Origin: Pyrobaculum aerophilum str. IM2
Lineage (GTDB): Archaea > Thermoproteota > Thermoprotei > Thermoproteales > Thermoproteaceae
DNA: 32,000 bases
NCBI RefSeq assembly: GCF_000007225.1
Contig: NC_003364.1
Location: 1,560,001-1,592,000, forward strand
Reading direction: 5' to 3'
The notes under the pieces were generated by a model, which had not been told where the DNA came from, searched no databases, and was given only the letters and a program-made list of their open reading frames with translations. The translations under genes and the position numbers were made by a program. Of the stretch, positions 23,072 through 31,274 are shown piece by piece; within the stretch, counting starts at the first letter, position 1; every line of letters begins with the position of its first letter.

Positions 23072-26000
23072 TCACGCCAATGAGGCCTTTCTTATTTTGC
23101 CAATCCAAGCCTTAGACTCTTGTATCGTAGTAACCACATCGCCGACGTCTGGGTTTAAGAAATTCCCCTGCGGCCCAGTTACATAGCCCTCAAAGCTAAA
23201 GGCCCAAATTACGTTCACCACGGGCAATTCCTTGCCGTTGACTGTGAGATAGGCCTCTCCATCTGTCACATACGCCTTCATTCTCAACCCGCCTCTTAGC
23301 GTGATGACGTCTACATAGTCGCCTGATTTAACTCCAAGCCTCTCGGCGAGGGCCCTAGGCAAATAGACAAACGGCTCGGGCGCGAGCTCTGCGAGATACG
23401 GAACATTTCTACTCATGGAGCCGCCGTGGAAATGCTCTGTAAGTCTGTTACTAGTTATAACTACCAGCTCGCCTGGGATATCTTTTAAATCGTCAGGAGT
23501 TAGGGCGACACCAACGTTCTTGCCCTTTACAATATCGGGCTGATCTTGCAGTACTTGTAAATTGTACGGATTTAGCCATGCCAGAGATGGATATCTCACG
23601 GCTAGCTCAGGCAAGGGGCTCTCTACGGGCTCTGTGTGTATAGGCCACTGGAAGCTGTACCCTTTGTACCAGCCGCCCATATCGGATATCACTTTTAACA
23701 CGGCGTCTTTTAAATTCCCAAACTGGCTGTAGTATTGCCCCAGGAGATCTCTCATTTTCTGATATACAGGCTTAAAACTCCTCCAGTCACCGCCGGAGAA
23801 GAAAGGCCTCTTCAAAGCCGCTTTAAATGAGGTTGTGTCCGCGTCCCAGTAAAGAGAGTCGTTTACCCACAAGTACTTCATCCCAGTCCTGGCCACGTAT
23901 TCCTCGTACGTGAGAGTTTTTACCTCGCCGCCTTCCTCCACGATAAATTTGCCTAGTATTCTCACCTCGCCAGTTTTTATAAAGTGCATAATGTCCATAC
24001 CTCCGTAGACGTCAGCCACGCCAGACAGCCTTCTTTTGAAGGACCTAGGAACCCAGAAGTTGTGCCCCGGGATAAATGCCGGCTTGTATTCGCCGGTGTA
24101 TTCATCTATCCACTCCCCAGTCTCTCCGGCGACTTCCCACTCCCTCCCGGCGGCGTAGACCTTGTCTGTTACTCCGAGGACAGCCTTTAGCGAGTCATAG
24201 TTATAGAGAAATCTAACGTTCATAGGCCACGACCACCCCCAATCCTTATAGACTTCAAACTTAGAACTGAAAGTGCCGTCAATTTGGCCTGGTCTCCTCA
24301 ACTGCGCAATTCTCTTCATAGTGATTATTTCATCTCTAATTGGGTCGTAAATCCCCTGGTATATAAGCGTGGTGAAGTTTATCTCCTTGTAAATAATCCT
24401 CGGGTTGACCTCAGCCTCTATTGGTGATATTGGTGCGCTTTTTCCAGTGCCTCCTGAGTAATCCCAGCTGTTGTCGGGACGCAACGGCCTCTCGTATACA
24501 AATACTAATTTGCCGCCTTTTCTAAACTTAACCTCTTCTTTTTTAACGCCTGCAACCTCGCTGGGTAGAACTACCGCCCCTTCGCGCCTTAAGTATTGAT
24601 AGAGCTTTGTGATTATCCAGTAGTCTGGCCTCGAGTCGCCCTTAGGAGGAACGGCGCGATAAGACCACTGTATTACCCTGTTACCGTTTGTCCTAGAACC
24701 TTCCTTTTCGGCGAAAGAGGCGGCGGGCAAGAGCACGTCTGCGAACCACGCAGTCTCTGTCTCAAATATGTCGGAAACCACTAGGAGATCCAACGCGGCC
24801 AGTCCTGCCATAATTATCTTAGCGTTGGGGTTAGTCACTGCGGGGTTTTCCCCAAACACAAACGCAGCTTTTATCTCGCCGGCCAGCGCCCTCCTTGGGA
24901 ACACTACCTCCGTAGTGCCAGTGCCCAATGGGAAGTCGCAAACCACAACCCCGTTTTGCGGGTCGTCCTCAGGTATTGTCCCACAAAACATTCTCCAAGC
25001 TAATTCAAACCTCCTCCACCCGTAGAACTTAAAGACTTGTAAAACTTTAGACAAATCGGCCTTGCCAGCGTCTGGGGCTGTGGTTGAGAAGCTAGCTCTA
25101 GCCCACTCGGGAACTGACCAATTCCAAGCATCTGGCATGCCCTGTAGCTTCCAGTCTTGGTAAAGCCTAATTTCAAATACCGAGGCTGGGAATCCGTGAT
25201 AGCCCGGCAATCCGTCTACGCCTCCGCCTTGTACGTCATTAGCCCCCTGTACGTTGCTGTGCCCGCGGAAGGGATGCGTGCCGCCACCGGGGTAGCCAAC
25301 ATTGCCCAAGAGTAGCTGTACAATAGCCGCGGCTCTTATAATGTTTATAGTGGCATTTGTATGTTGTGTAAAGCCCATTGCCCACTGTATAATTCCGTGT
25401 TTTTCGTGGTTTGTCACAACGCCGCTGTTCTCGACGTAAATCGAGGCCACTGTCCGCAACAAGTCTTTAGGCACGCCGCTGATGTTAGAGACGGTGTCTG
25501 CGTCGTATTCTTTCAACAATTCCTTCAAATCGGCTAGATCGTCGTCTGTAATATTCCACCGCGACCTCAGCCGTTGAAACTCGTCTAGTTGGTCAATGGG
25601 GGGATTCCGCTCGAAAAACGCGTAATGTAAAATATAGAGCAGAATGGCTGTATCTGTGCCGGGTCTGAACGGCACCCATAGGTCAGAGGCCGCAGCTGTA
25701 CGGGAATACCTGGGATCAAAGGTGATGAATATAGTCCCCCTCTCCCTCTTCCCCTTTAAGAAATATGCGAAAGACAACGGGTGGGCCTCCGCCGGGCTTG
25801 ACCAGAACAACACGACATCGGCGAGGGCCACGTCCTCTATTGAAGCGGTCTCAGCCCCCCAGCCGTAGGTTACTGCAAGCGAGCTGACAGTTGACGAGTG
25901 GCATTTGCGGTACTGCGAATCCATGTTTGAAGTCCCGAGGTAAGTGGCTAATTTCTTACTGAGGTAAGCCTCCTCGTTGACTAAAATTGACGACCCAATT

Positions 26001-26575
26001 ATTTGAATTGGGACGTTTCTCCCCACGTAATAATACCCGTCTTTTTGCTTCGGGGAGCCAGTGGAGGCCCTCCACTCGTTTAGAATTCTCGCCAGTCTGT
26101 TGGCTACTAACTGCAATGCCTCATCCCACGTGGCCTCCCTCCACATAGGAGGATATTTCCTGACTACTGCGATTAGCTCATCCCAGCTTTTAGCCGCTAG
26201 AATCTCCTCGGGGGGTGGTTTCGGCCCCGTCCTAATTAAGGGCTTTGTTACGCGTAAATCGTTTTCCACTAACTGAAACGCCGCCTTGCCCTTTGGGCAC
26301 AACGCCCCCCAGTTAATAGGCGAATCAGCAGATCCCCTACTCCACACTATCCTCCCCCCTGAGACGTATAAGTCTATAGAACACCCGACGGAACAATAGG
26401 GGCATATTACAGGAGTCACAGTAGCCTTTGGAAGGTCTAACTTGCCGCCGATCTCTCCTATTTCCCACGTGGCCTTTGTGGCCTTGAAGGGGACTTGTGC
26501 CTCCGCCCCTATGCTTAAAGCTGACGTGGCTAAGGCGGCCAGTTTTAAAAACCCTCTTCTCGTAACTGCCGTCAT
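23072..26575 (-). CDS. Tat-exported molybdopterin (Mo/W-bisPGD) oxidoreductase catalytic subunit, formate dehydrogenase-N (FdnG)-like, Cys-type
   Basis: 1167 aa. Tat signal MTAVTRRGFLKLAALATSALSIGAEA. FeS motif CPYCSVGCS...CPKG. RKCHSSTVSSLAVTYGWGA aligns by eye with FdnG ARV-Sec-HGPTVASLAPTFGRGA, with Cys at the Sec position. FRGHSNVQGANDVQG corresponds to FdnG LRGHSNIQG. Confidence 0.9.
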   Translation of the reverse strand: MTAVTRRGFLKLAALATSALSIGAEAQVPFKATKATWEIGEIGGKLDLPKATVTPVICPYCSVGCSIDLYVSGGRIVWSRGSADSPINWGALCPKGKAAFQLVENDLRVTKPLIRTGPKPPPEEILAAKSWDELIAVVRKYPPMWREATWDEALQLVANRLARILNEWRASTGSPKQKDGYYYVGRNVPIQIIGSSILVNEEAYLSKKLATYLGTSNMDSQYRKCHSSTVSSLAVTYGWGAETASIEDVALADVVLFWSSPAEAHPLSFAYFLKGKRERGTIFITFDPRYSRTAAASDLWVPFRPGTDTAILLYILHYAFFERNPPIDQLDEFQRLRSRWNITDDDLADLKELLKEYDADTVSNISGVPKDLLRTVASIYVENSGVVTNHEKHGIIQWAMGFTQHTNATINIIRAAAIVQLLLGNVGYPGGGTHPFRGHSNVQGANDVQGGGVDGLPGYHGFPASVFEIRLYQDWKLQGMPDAWNWSVPEWARASFSTTAPDAGKADLSKVLQVFKFYGWRRFELAWRMFCGTIPEDDPQNGVVVCDFPLGTGTTEVVFPRRALAGEIKAAFVFGENPAVTNPNAKIIMAGLAALDLLVVSDIFETETAWFADVLLPAASFAEKEGSRTNGNRVIQWSYRAVPPKGDSRPDYWIITKLYQYLRREGAVVLPSEVAGVKKEEVKFRKGGKLVFVYERPLRPDNSWDYSGGTGKSAPISPIEAEVNPRIIYKEINFTTLIYQGIYDPIRDEIITMKRIAQLRRPGQIDGTFSSKFEVYKDWGWSWPMNVRFLYNYDSLKAVLGVTDKVYAAGREWEVAGETGEWIDEYTGEYKPAFIPGHNFWVPRSFKRRLSGVADVYGGMDIMHFIKTGEVRILGKFIVEEGGEVKTLTYEEYVARTGMKYLWVNDSLYWDADTTSFKAALKRPFFSGGDWRSFKPVYQKMRDLLGQYYSQFGNLKDAVLKVISDMGGWYKGYSFQWPIHTEPVESPLPELAVRYPSLAWLNPYNLQVLQDQPDIVKGKNVGVALTPDDLKDIPGELVVITSNRLTEHFHGGSMSRNVPYLAELAPEPFVYLPRALAERLGVKSGDYVDVITLRGGLRMKAYVTDGEAYLTVNGKELPVVNVIWAFSFEGYVTGPQGNFLNPDVGDVVTTIQESKAWIGKIRKASLA

Positions 26576-26763
26576 AAGAACACGCTCCTCTGAACCCCCT
26601 TGTCCCGCTTCCCCATTAATTTTTTAGCCGTGAAACAAGTATAGTCCTCTTCGCCGTTATATAAACTGAGCAATCCGTCTATCGCCTCTGGAACTTCTGT
26701 ATAAAGCCTTTCAAGATCTTTTTTCACCTGTTCGTAGTGTTTTAAGAGGGCTTCAAAGGACAC
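26572..26763 (-). CDS. small hypothetical protein (63 aa) translationally coupled to the molybdoenzyme gene
   Basis: GTG start 21 nt after the fdhD stop. Its TGA overlaps the alpha-subunit ATG (ATGA). The predicted sequence is helical and charged. No recognisable family. Confidence 0.4.
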   Translation of the reverse strand: MSFEALLKHYEQVKKDLERLYTEVPEAIDGLLSLYNGEEDYTCFTAKKLMGKRDKGVQRSVFL

Positions 26764-26784
26764 GGATTATAGGAGCAGGCCTTT

Positions 26785-27489
26785 TTAAGAATTATTCGAG
26801 ATTTTTTCGAAGTCGCGGGGAGTGCACAGCGTGGTGAAACCCGCGTTTCTCACGTTTGACACAAGAGTAATGCCTAGTCTGCACGCCGCCTCCACACCGC
26901 TGTAAAGAGGTCCTCTTAGGGAGACTATGCCGTTTACGCCTATAGTGGCGAGTCTGTAAACCATGTCGGAGGAAACCCTGCCGGTTGTATACGCAATTTT
27001 TAACTTGCCGCCGCCTCTTTTTAAGAACTTGCCAACTAGTTTAATCACGCCGCTGTGCCGACTGGTGTCATGAACAACTAGCCAATCGCCGTCTACGTAT
27101 AACGCTGAGGTGTGCATTGCAAGATGCGGATCCACGTGCCAAATAGTCATTTTTGTAAACTCCCCGGCAAGTTTAACCATGAGGGCGGCGTCCGCCGGAT
27201 CCCCCCTGAGCGCCTTAACCAGTTCTCCTACTCCGCAGTCGTCTAGCAGGCGGGCGGCGCGCGAGGCGTTTAATCTGGTCTTTATCCTCACTTGGTTTTG
27301 AAGCACTGAAACTTCTATTATATCGTCGATATTGGCCGCATAGCCCTCGCTGTATGCATAGCCAATCCCCAAGTCCTCCAGATCCTCTGGATTAGATACT
27401 ATCTCAGCGACTAGCCCGTCATTAACCCAGATTTTCACTAATTCGTCTATGGCTATTTTAACTCCGTTTATAATTTTATACTTCGGCAT
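26785..27489 (-). CDS. fdhD: FdhD-family formate dehydrogenase accessory sulfurtransferase
   Basis: Motifs EDLGIGYAYSEGY, DDCGVGE (Cys-loop region), DTSRHSGVIKLVG (compare EDVGRHNAxDKxIG) and TGRVSSDMVYRLATIGV. I prefer the ATG at 27489; the ORF-track start at 27519 is a TTG. Confidence 0.8.
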   Translation of the reverse strand: MPKYKIINGVKIAIDELVKIWVNDGLVAEIVSNPEDLEDLGIGYAYSEGYAANIDDIIEVSVLQNQVRIKTRLNASRAARLLDDCGVGELVKALRGDPADAALMVKLAGEFTKMTIWHVDPHLAMHTSALYVDGDWLVVHDTSRHSGVIKLVGKFLKRGGGKLKIAYTTGRVSSDMVYRLATIGVNGIVSLRGPLYSGVEAACRLGITLVSNVRNAGFTTLCTPRDFEKISNNS

Positions 27490-28004
27490 GGGGCGACAAC
27501 TAGGCTGCACATCTTGCAATATCCGGCGAATATATTGCCTATTAATACTCCGATGTGCACATTATCAATAGGCCCGCCCGCTTCAGCCATAGCGGTTGCT
27601 AAGAGCCTCTTGACCGATGGCGGCAAATCGGACAATTTGGCGCCACTCACAGCTTCGAGTAGTGCCGGCAGTATATGCCGTGAGTGGGGCATTCTTTTGG
27701 ATAAAAACTCCAATGCGTCGCATATTTCCCTGTCGTTTAACTCCGATGCATAATGTCTATTAATTAAGCGCCTCGTGGCGTTTGTAGCGATGAAATTACA
27801 GCCCTTATAGGAGACGTAGTACAACACCCCCTTAAAAGTAGGCACGTAGTAATCCCTATCAGCCTCCACAAACCCCTCTGCTTCTAGCCTATACAAGGCG
27901 TAATAAACTGTAGAGACGCTGTACGGCAGAGCCTTAGCCAGTTCATAAGCCTTAGCCCTCCCCAGCATTAACACGGCCTCTAAGACACTGTGGCGAGAGC
28001 TCAT
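27468..28004 (-). CDS. winged-helix transcriptional regulator (putative), first gene of the FDH-like operon
   Basis: The N-terminus VLEAVLMLGRAKAYELAKALPYSVSTVYYALYRLEAEGFVEAD is a typical archaeal wHTH. The C-terminal domain is unassigned. A TATA-like box lies about 20-25 nt upstream (28011-28030). Confidence 0.6.
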   Translation of the reverse strand: MSSRHSVLEAVLMLGRAKAYELAKALPYSVSTVYYALYRLEAEGFVEADRDYYVPTFKGVLYYVSYKGCNFIATNATRRLINRHYASELNDREICDALEFLSKRMPHSRHILPALLEAVSGAKLSDLPPSVKRLLATAMAEAGGPIDNVHIGVLIGNIFAGYCKMCSLVVAPCRSIKL

Positions 28005-28112
28005 TAAAATTATTATGATATATACATTTAAATTTCGCAGTAATAAAAAATCTCTTTACGTTTATAACTATAAGTCAGATAAAAGTAATGAGGGATTGAA
28101 TACCGCCGAGGC

Positions 28113-28125
28113 AATAATTTAAATT
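28113..28125 (+). promoter_or_regulatory. TATA-like box (aataatttaaatt) about 24 nt upstream of the ATG at 28143
   Basis: Position and composition only, within the 138-bp divergent intergenic region. Confidence 0.4.
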
Positions 28126-28142
28126 GCAAATTCGATAGATTC

Positions 28143-28583
28143 ATGGATGTTAAAGAGGTGTTTAAACTGAAGACAATAGCAGTGGTGGGAGCCTCCCGCG
28201 ACCCGGCTAAATGGGCCCACGTAGTTCCCCTGTATTTAAAACAAATGGGGTATAGAATAATACCCATAAACCCTTCTGCCGGGGAGATACTGGGGGAAAG
28301 GGCGTATAAGTCGTTGCTTGAGGTGCCCGAGCCAGTGGACGTGGTACAGGTGTTTAGGCCCTCTGAGGAGGTTCCCAAAATAGCAGAGGAGGTGTTGAAG
28401 AGGCGCAGGGAAAGAGGAGATGTAAAGGTGGTGTGGCTACAGCTGGGCATTAGGGCTCCCCCTGGGGTGAGAGAGGCGTTGGAGAGAGAGGGAATAGCGC
28501 TATTTGAAGACATGTGCATGATGGAGACTCACGCCAGGCTTTTTGGACACACGCCGCTTCAGCCGCAGGGGGGTAAGGGTTAA
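28143..28583 (+). CDS. CoA-binding domain protein (YccU/YneT-like)
   Basis: KTIAVVGASRDPAKWAHVVPLYLKQMGYRIIPINP and VDVVQVFRPSE match the CoA_binding_2 pattern. Confidence 0.8.
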   Translation: MDVKEVFKLKTIAVVGASRDPAKWAHVVPLYLKQMGYRIIPINPSAGEILGERAYKSLLEVPEPVDVVQVFRPSEEVPKIAEEVLKRRRERGDVKVVWLQLGIRAPPGVREALEREGIALFEDMCMMETHARLFGHTPLQPQGGKG

Positions 28584-28584
28584 A

Positions 28585-28591
28585 TTTTTTT
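28585..28591 (+). terminator. T7 run immediately after the CoA-binding gene stop
   Basis: Oligo-T tract 2 nt after the TAA stop and about 20 nt before the GTG of the XdhC-like gene. Confidence 0.3.
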
Positions 28592-28611
28592 AACTCCCCG
28601 TCGGCATTTAC

Positions 28612-29391
28612 GTGTCTGTATGCGACTTGTTCAGAGTCTTAGACCTCGCTGCGCGGCGGGGGGAGACGGCGGTGGTGATTAGGGTAATTGACGGCGGACG
28701 GAGCTATATAGACGCCCTGGTGGGAGGTAAGCCGTTGCTTGGCCTAGTCCTCAGGGAAGTGGCTGAGGCCGCGGTGGCGTTGAAAAAACCGGGGGAGAGG
28801 GCTGAGTTTAAAGTCGGCAACTTAGTGGTCTACGCCGAGGCTGTCTTAGTAAGGCCCACGCTGATAGTTTTTGGCTTTGGCGAAATAGCCCGCAGAGTTT
28901 CAGAAGTGGCGGCGGCCGCCGGGCTCAACGTGGCGTCGCTAGGCCACGAGGCGCCTGGCGTTTTTTACAAGGGGCCGGCGTCAGATCTCAAAAGGCTCGT
29001 CTCAGAGGGCTCGGCAGTTGTCGTGGCTAACGAAGGGGGGAGGCCGGAGGACGTAGACGCCGTTGAAACCGCGCTTAGGAGCGGCGCGGGATACGTGGCT
29101 CTTCTGGCCAGCCAGAAAAGGGCCGCCCTCGTTATAAAAGAGCTGGAGAATAGGGGCGTGCCGAGGGATGTCATAAAAGAGAGGCTGAGGGCTCCAGCGG
29201 GCCTTGACATAGGGGCGAAGACCGCGGGGGAAATCGCAGTAAGTATAGTCGCAGAGGTGATAATGTATTTCAGAGGGGGCACCGGCAGGCCGATGAGAGA
29301 GGTGAAAAACCCCTTTGACGTCATCGCCGAGGTCAAGGGAGAGGACCTCTCTAGGTATAAATGCGAATGGAGACCCCCACGTGCGGTATGA
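28612..29391 (+). CDS. XdhC/CoxI-family molybdenum cofactor maturation/insertion accessory protein
   Basis: N-terminal XdhC_CoxI-like segment (LDLAARRGETAVVIRVIDG). Rossmann-like TLIVFGFGEIARRVSEVAAAAGLNV. C-terminal GLDIGAKTAGEIAVSIVAEVI. GTG start. Confidence 0.75.
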   Translation: MSVCDLFRVLDLAARRGETAVVIRVIDGGRSYIDALVGGKPLLGLVLREVAEAAVALKKPGERAEFKVGNLVVYAEAVLVRPTLIVFGFGEIARRVSEVAAAAGLNVASLGHEAPGVFYKGPASDLKRLVSEGSAVVVANEGGRPEDVDAVETALRSGAGYVALLASQKRAALVIKELENRGVPRDVIKERLRAPAGLDIGAKTAGEIAVSIVAEVIMYFRGGTGRPMREVKNPFDVIAEVKGEDLSRYKCEWRPPRAV

Positions 29392-29409
29392 CGCAGGCCA
29401 GCGTCGCAG

Positions 29410-29766
29410 TTACAAAAACCGCTTGAGCTTTTCCACAAGCTTCAAGACGGCCTCCCTATGTAGCTCAAAGCTTTTCCTTCTCATATAATTGTGGTAAAAA
29501 TTGGCATGTAACGCCTCTGCCATTCTGAACTCCATTACTATTTCGACATCTCCCGATTCTTCATACAGAGCCTCTATTATCACGGCGTAGTCCCTGTGGC
29601 TGTAGTGGGGCATTCCTCTCTTCTCGGCTATGGCGTTGAGCAAGGCAGTTACAGCGCCCCAGTACTTCTCCCCTGCCTGGGCCAAATCGCCTATCTCGTA
29701 AAGCGACTCAGCCTCTCTTAAGTACTTCTCATGAGGCGAGAGATAAGCATCCAAATTATTTAACAT
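29410..29766 (-). CDS. PaREP1-family protein (short copy, 118 aa)
   Basis: EKYLREAESLYEIGDLAQAGEKYWGAVTALLNAIAEKRGMPHYSHRDYAVIIEALY...HANFYHNYM is characteristic of the Pyrobaculum PaREP1 repeat-protein family. The N-terminus is shorter than in the 30606 copy. Confidence 0.8.
   Translation of the reverse strand: MLNNLDAYLSPHEKYLREAESLYEIGDLAQAGEKYWGAVTALLNAIAEKRGMPHYSHRDYAVIIEALYEESGDVEIVMEFRMAEALHANFYHNYMRRKSFELHREAVLKLVEKLKRFL
29573..29734. repeat. 162-bp block identical (by my reading) to the reverse complement of 30743-30904
   Basis: Direct base-by-base comparison of the two PaREP1 genes. Identity ends abruptly at both edges. Confidence 0.85.
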
Positions 29767-29877
29767 GGCGGGGATGACTTCCTCATATTTAATAGTACCC
29801 TGGAGAAGTATTGTGCAGGCGCTGGGCTATATCCGCCGCCCATTCTCTTCGCTGGCGCCAACGCGTGTGAGAAATAT

Positions 29878-30585
29878 ATGGTGGTTAAATGTGTCGTGGA
29901 TTTAATCGCTCTGTACACTGGAGGCAAGGACAGCCACTTCGCCATAATAGAGGCCTTGAGGAGCGGACATATAGTTAAGTGTTTGATCACGGCCGAGCCC
30001 GCCAGGGCGGATTCCTATATGTTCCACGCGGTGAACGCCCGTTGGGCATTGCTCCACGGCGAGGCCATGGGAATACCGCACTACTTAGCTGGGGTTTCCG
30101 GCGTTAAGGAGAGGGAAGTGGAGGAGCTGGGGGAGGTGCTGGCTAGATATAAGCGGGAATGCGGCGCAGAGGGGGTATTGACGGGGGCGGTGGCCTCGCG
30201 GTATCAAAAAGAAAGGGTGGACAGGCTGGCCGAGAGGCTGGGCCTCGTCCACGTGGCCCCTCTTTGGGGGAGAGACCAGGTCGAGCTTTTATTGGCGGAG
30301 GCCTCGGCGTTGGAGTTCATTATAGTCGCCGTCATGGCAATGGGCCTTGACGAGAGGTGGCTCGGGGCGAGGATAAGCCGCCTCGAGGCGCAGAAGTTGT
30401 TGGAACTGAGCAGAAAGTACGGCTTCTCGCCGGTTGGCGAAGGCGGCGAGTTTGAGACATATGTAATAGCCAGCCCGCTCTTCCGCGGCAAGAGAGTGGA
30501 AATACTAGAGGCAGAAATCCACTGGAGCCCCGCCGGTTGGGGCTACTATGAGATCAAGTCTGCACGCCTCACTAAAAGTATTTAA
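29878..30585 (+). CDS. PP-loop N-type ATP pyrophosphatase, MJ0570/Dph6 (diphthine-ammonia ligase)-like
   Basis: PP-loop ALYTGGKDS near the N-terminus and the EGGEFETYV motif near the C-terminus. An alternative GTG start exists at 29896. Confidence 0.75.
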   Translation: MVVKCVVDLIALYTGGKDSHFAIIEALRSGHIVKCLITAEPARADSYMFHAVNARWALLHGEAMGIPHYLAGVSGVKEREVEELGEVLARYKRECGAEGVLTGAVASRYQKERVDRLAERLGLVHVAPLWGRDQVELLLAEASALEFIIVAVMAMGLDERWLGARISRLEAQKLLELSRKYGFSPVGEGGEFETYVIASPLFRGKRVEILEAEIHWSPAGWGYYEIKSARLTKSI

Positions 30586-30605
30586 CATCAGTACTCCCTT
30601 AGTAC

Positions 30606-31067
30606 GTGTCCCTAGTTATTTCTTCCCCTGTAGCCGAGGTTTTGCGCAAGGCCGCCGGCGGCCGGGACGTTGAGGAGTTCCTTTTAGAGCTTGTGGCTAG
30701 TAGACTTGACCCCTCTGAGAGAATTGATGTTTACCTCGCCCTTCATGAGAAGTACTTAAGAGAGGCTGAGTCGCTTTACGAGATAGGCGATTTGGCCCAG
30801 GCAGGGGAGAAGTACTGGGGCGCTGTAACTGCCTTGCTCAACGCCATAGCCGAGAAGAGAGGAATGCCCCACTACAGCCACAGGGACTACGCCGTGATAA
30901 TAGAAGCGCTCTACGCGGAGACTAAAGACAAAGAGCTGTTAGTGGGATTTAGCCTGGCCGAAAGGCTCCACGCTAATTTTTACCACAACTTTATGAAAAG
31001 GGAGAGTTTTGAACTCCACAGAGACGCCGTCTTGAAGCTTGTGGAAAAGCTCAAGCGGTTTTTGTAA
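30606..31067 (+). CDS. PaREP1-family protein (full-length copy, 153 aa)
   Basis: Same family signature as 29410..29766. GTG start. Confidence 0.8.
   Translation: MSLVISSPVAEVLRKAAGGRDVEEFLLELVASRLDPSERIDVYLALHEKYLREAESLYEIGDLAQAGEKYWGAVTALLNAIAEKRGMPHYSHRDYAVIIEALYAETKDKELLVGFSLAERLHANFYHNFMKRESFELHRDAVLKLVEKLKRFL
30743..30904. repeat. inverted partner of the 29573-29734 block
   Basis: See the partner entry. A second identical block links 31026-31067 to the reverse complement of 29410-29451 (42 bp, ending exactly at the stop codons). Confidence 0.85.
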
Positions 31068-31217
31068 TCCGTTAAGCGGCAAGGAGCCAGCCTTACGCTG
31101 AGATTTACGAATTGCTGACAACAAGACTGTTACCAGATCGAGTCATATGTATAAATTGCCAAGTTTGACATTTTATTTTTAAATGCAGTAAACAGTTTTT
31201 GAGGTCTTGGCCGACGT

Positions 31218-31274
31218 GTGATGAGTCCTTCCGCTTGGGATTAGTGACTTAACATGAGGCGTGCCGGCCGCTGA
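31218..31274 (+). ncRNA. weak candidate C/D-box-like sRNA
   Basis: GUGAUGA (31218-31224) and CUGA (31271-31274) lie 57 nt apart. A degenerate internal C'-like element, CAUGAGG (31253-31259), sits 11 nt before the D box. A TATA-like element at about 31171-31186 would place a TSS near 31208. No good D' box occurs at the expected 12-nt spacing and there is no terminal stem. Confidence 0.2.

Noticed and set aside
28028-28519. 163-aa minus-strand ORF opposite the CoA-binding gene
   Set aside because: The plus-strand product matches the CoA-binding domain pattern. The antisense product is Ser/Thr-rich, and its 3' portion runs through the AT-rich divergent intergenic promoter region (28005-28142).
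29760-29990. 76-aa minus-strand ORF overlapping the Dph6-like start and the PaREP1 start
   Set aside because: It overlaps two better-supported genes and has no recognisable features. In-frame sequence upstream of the PaREP1 ATG hits a stop without an alternative start.
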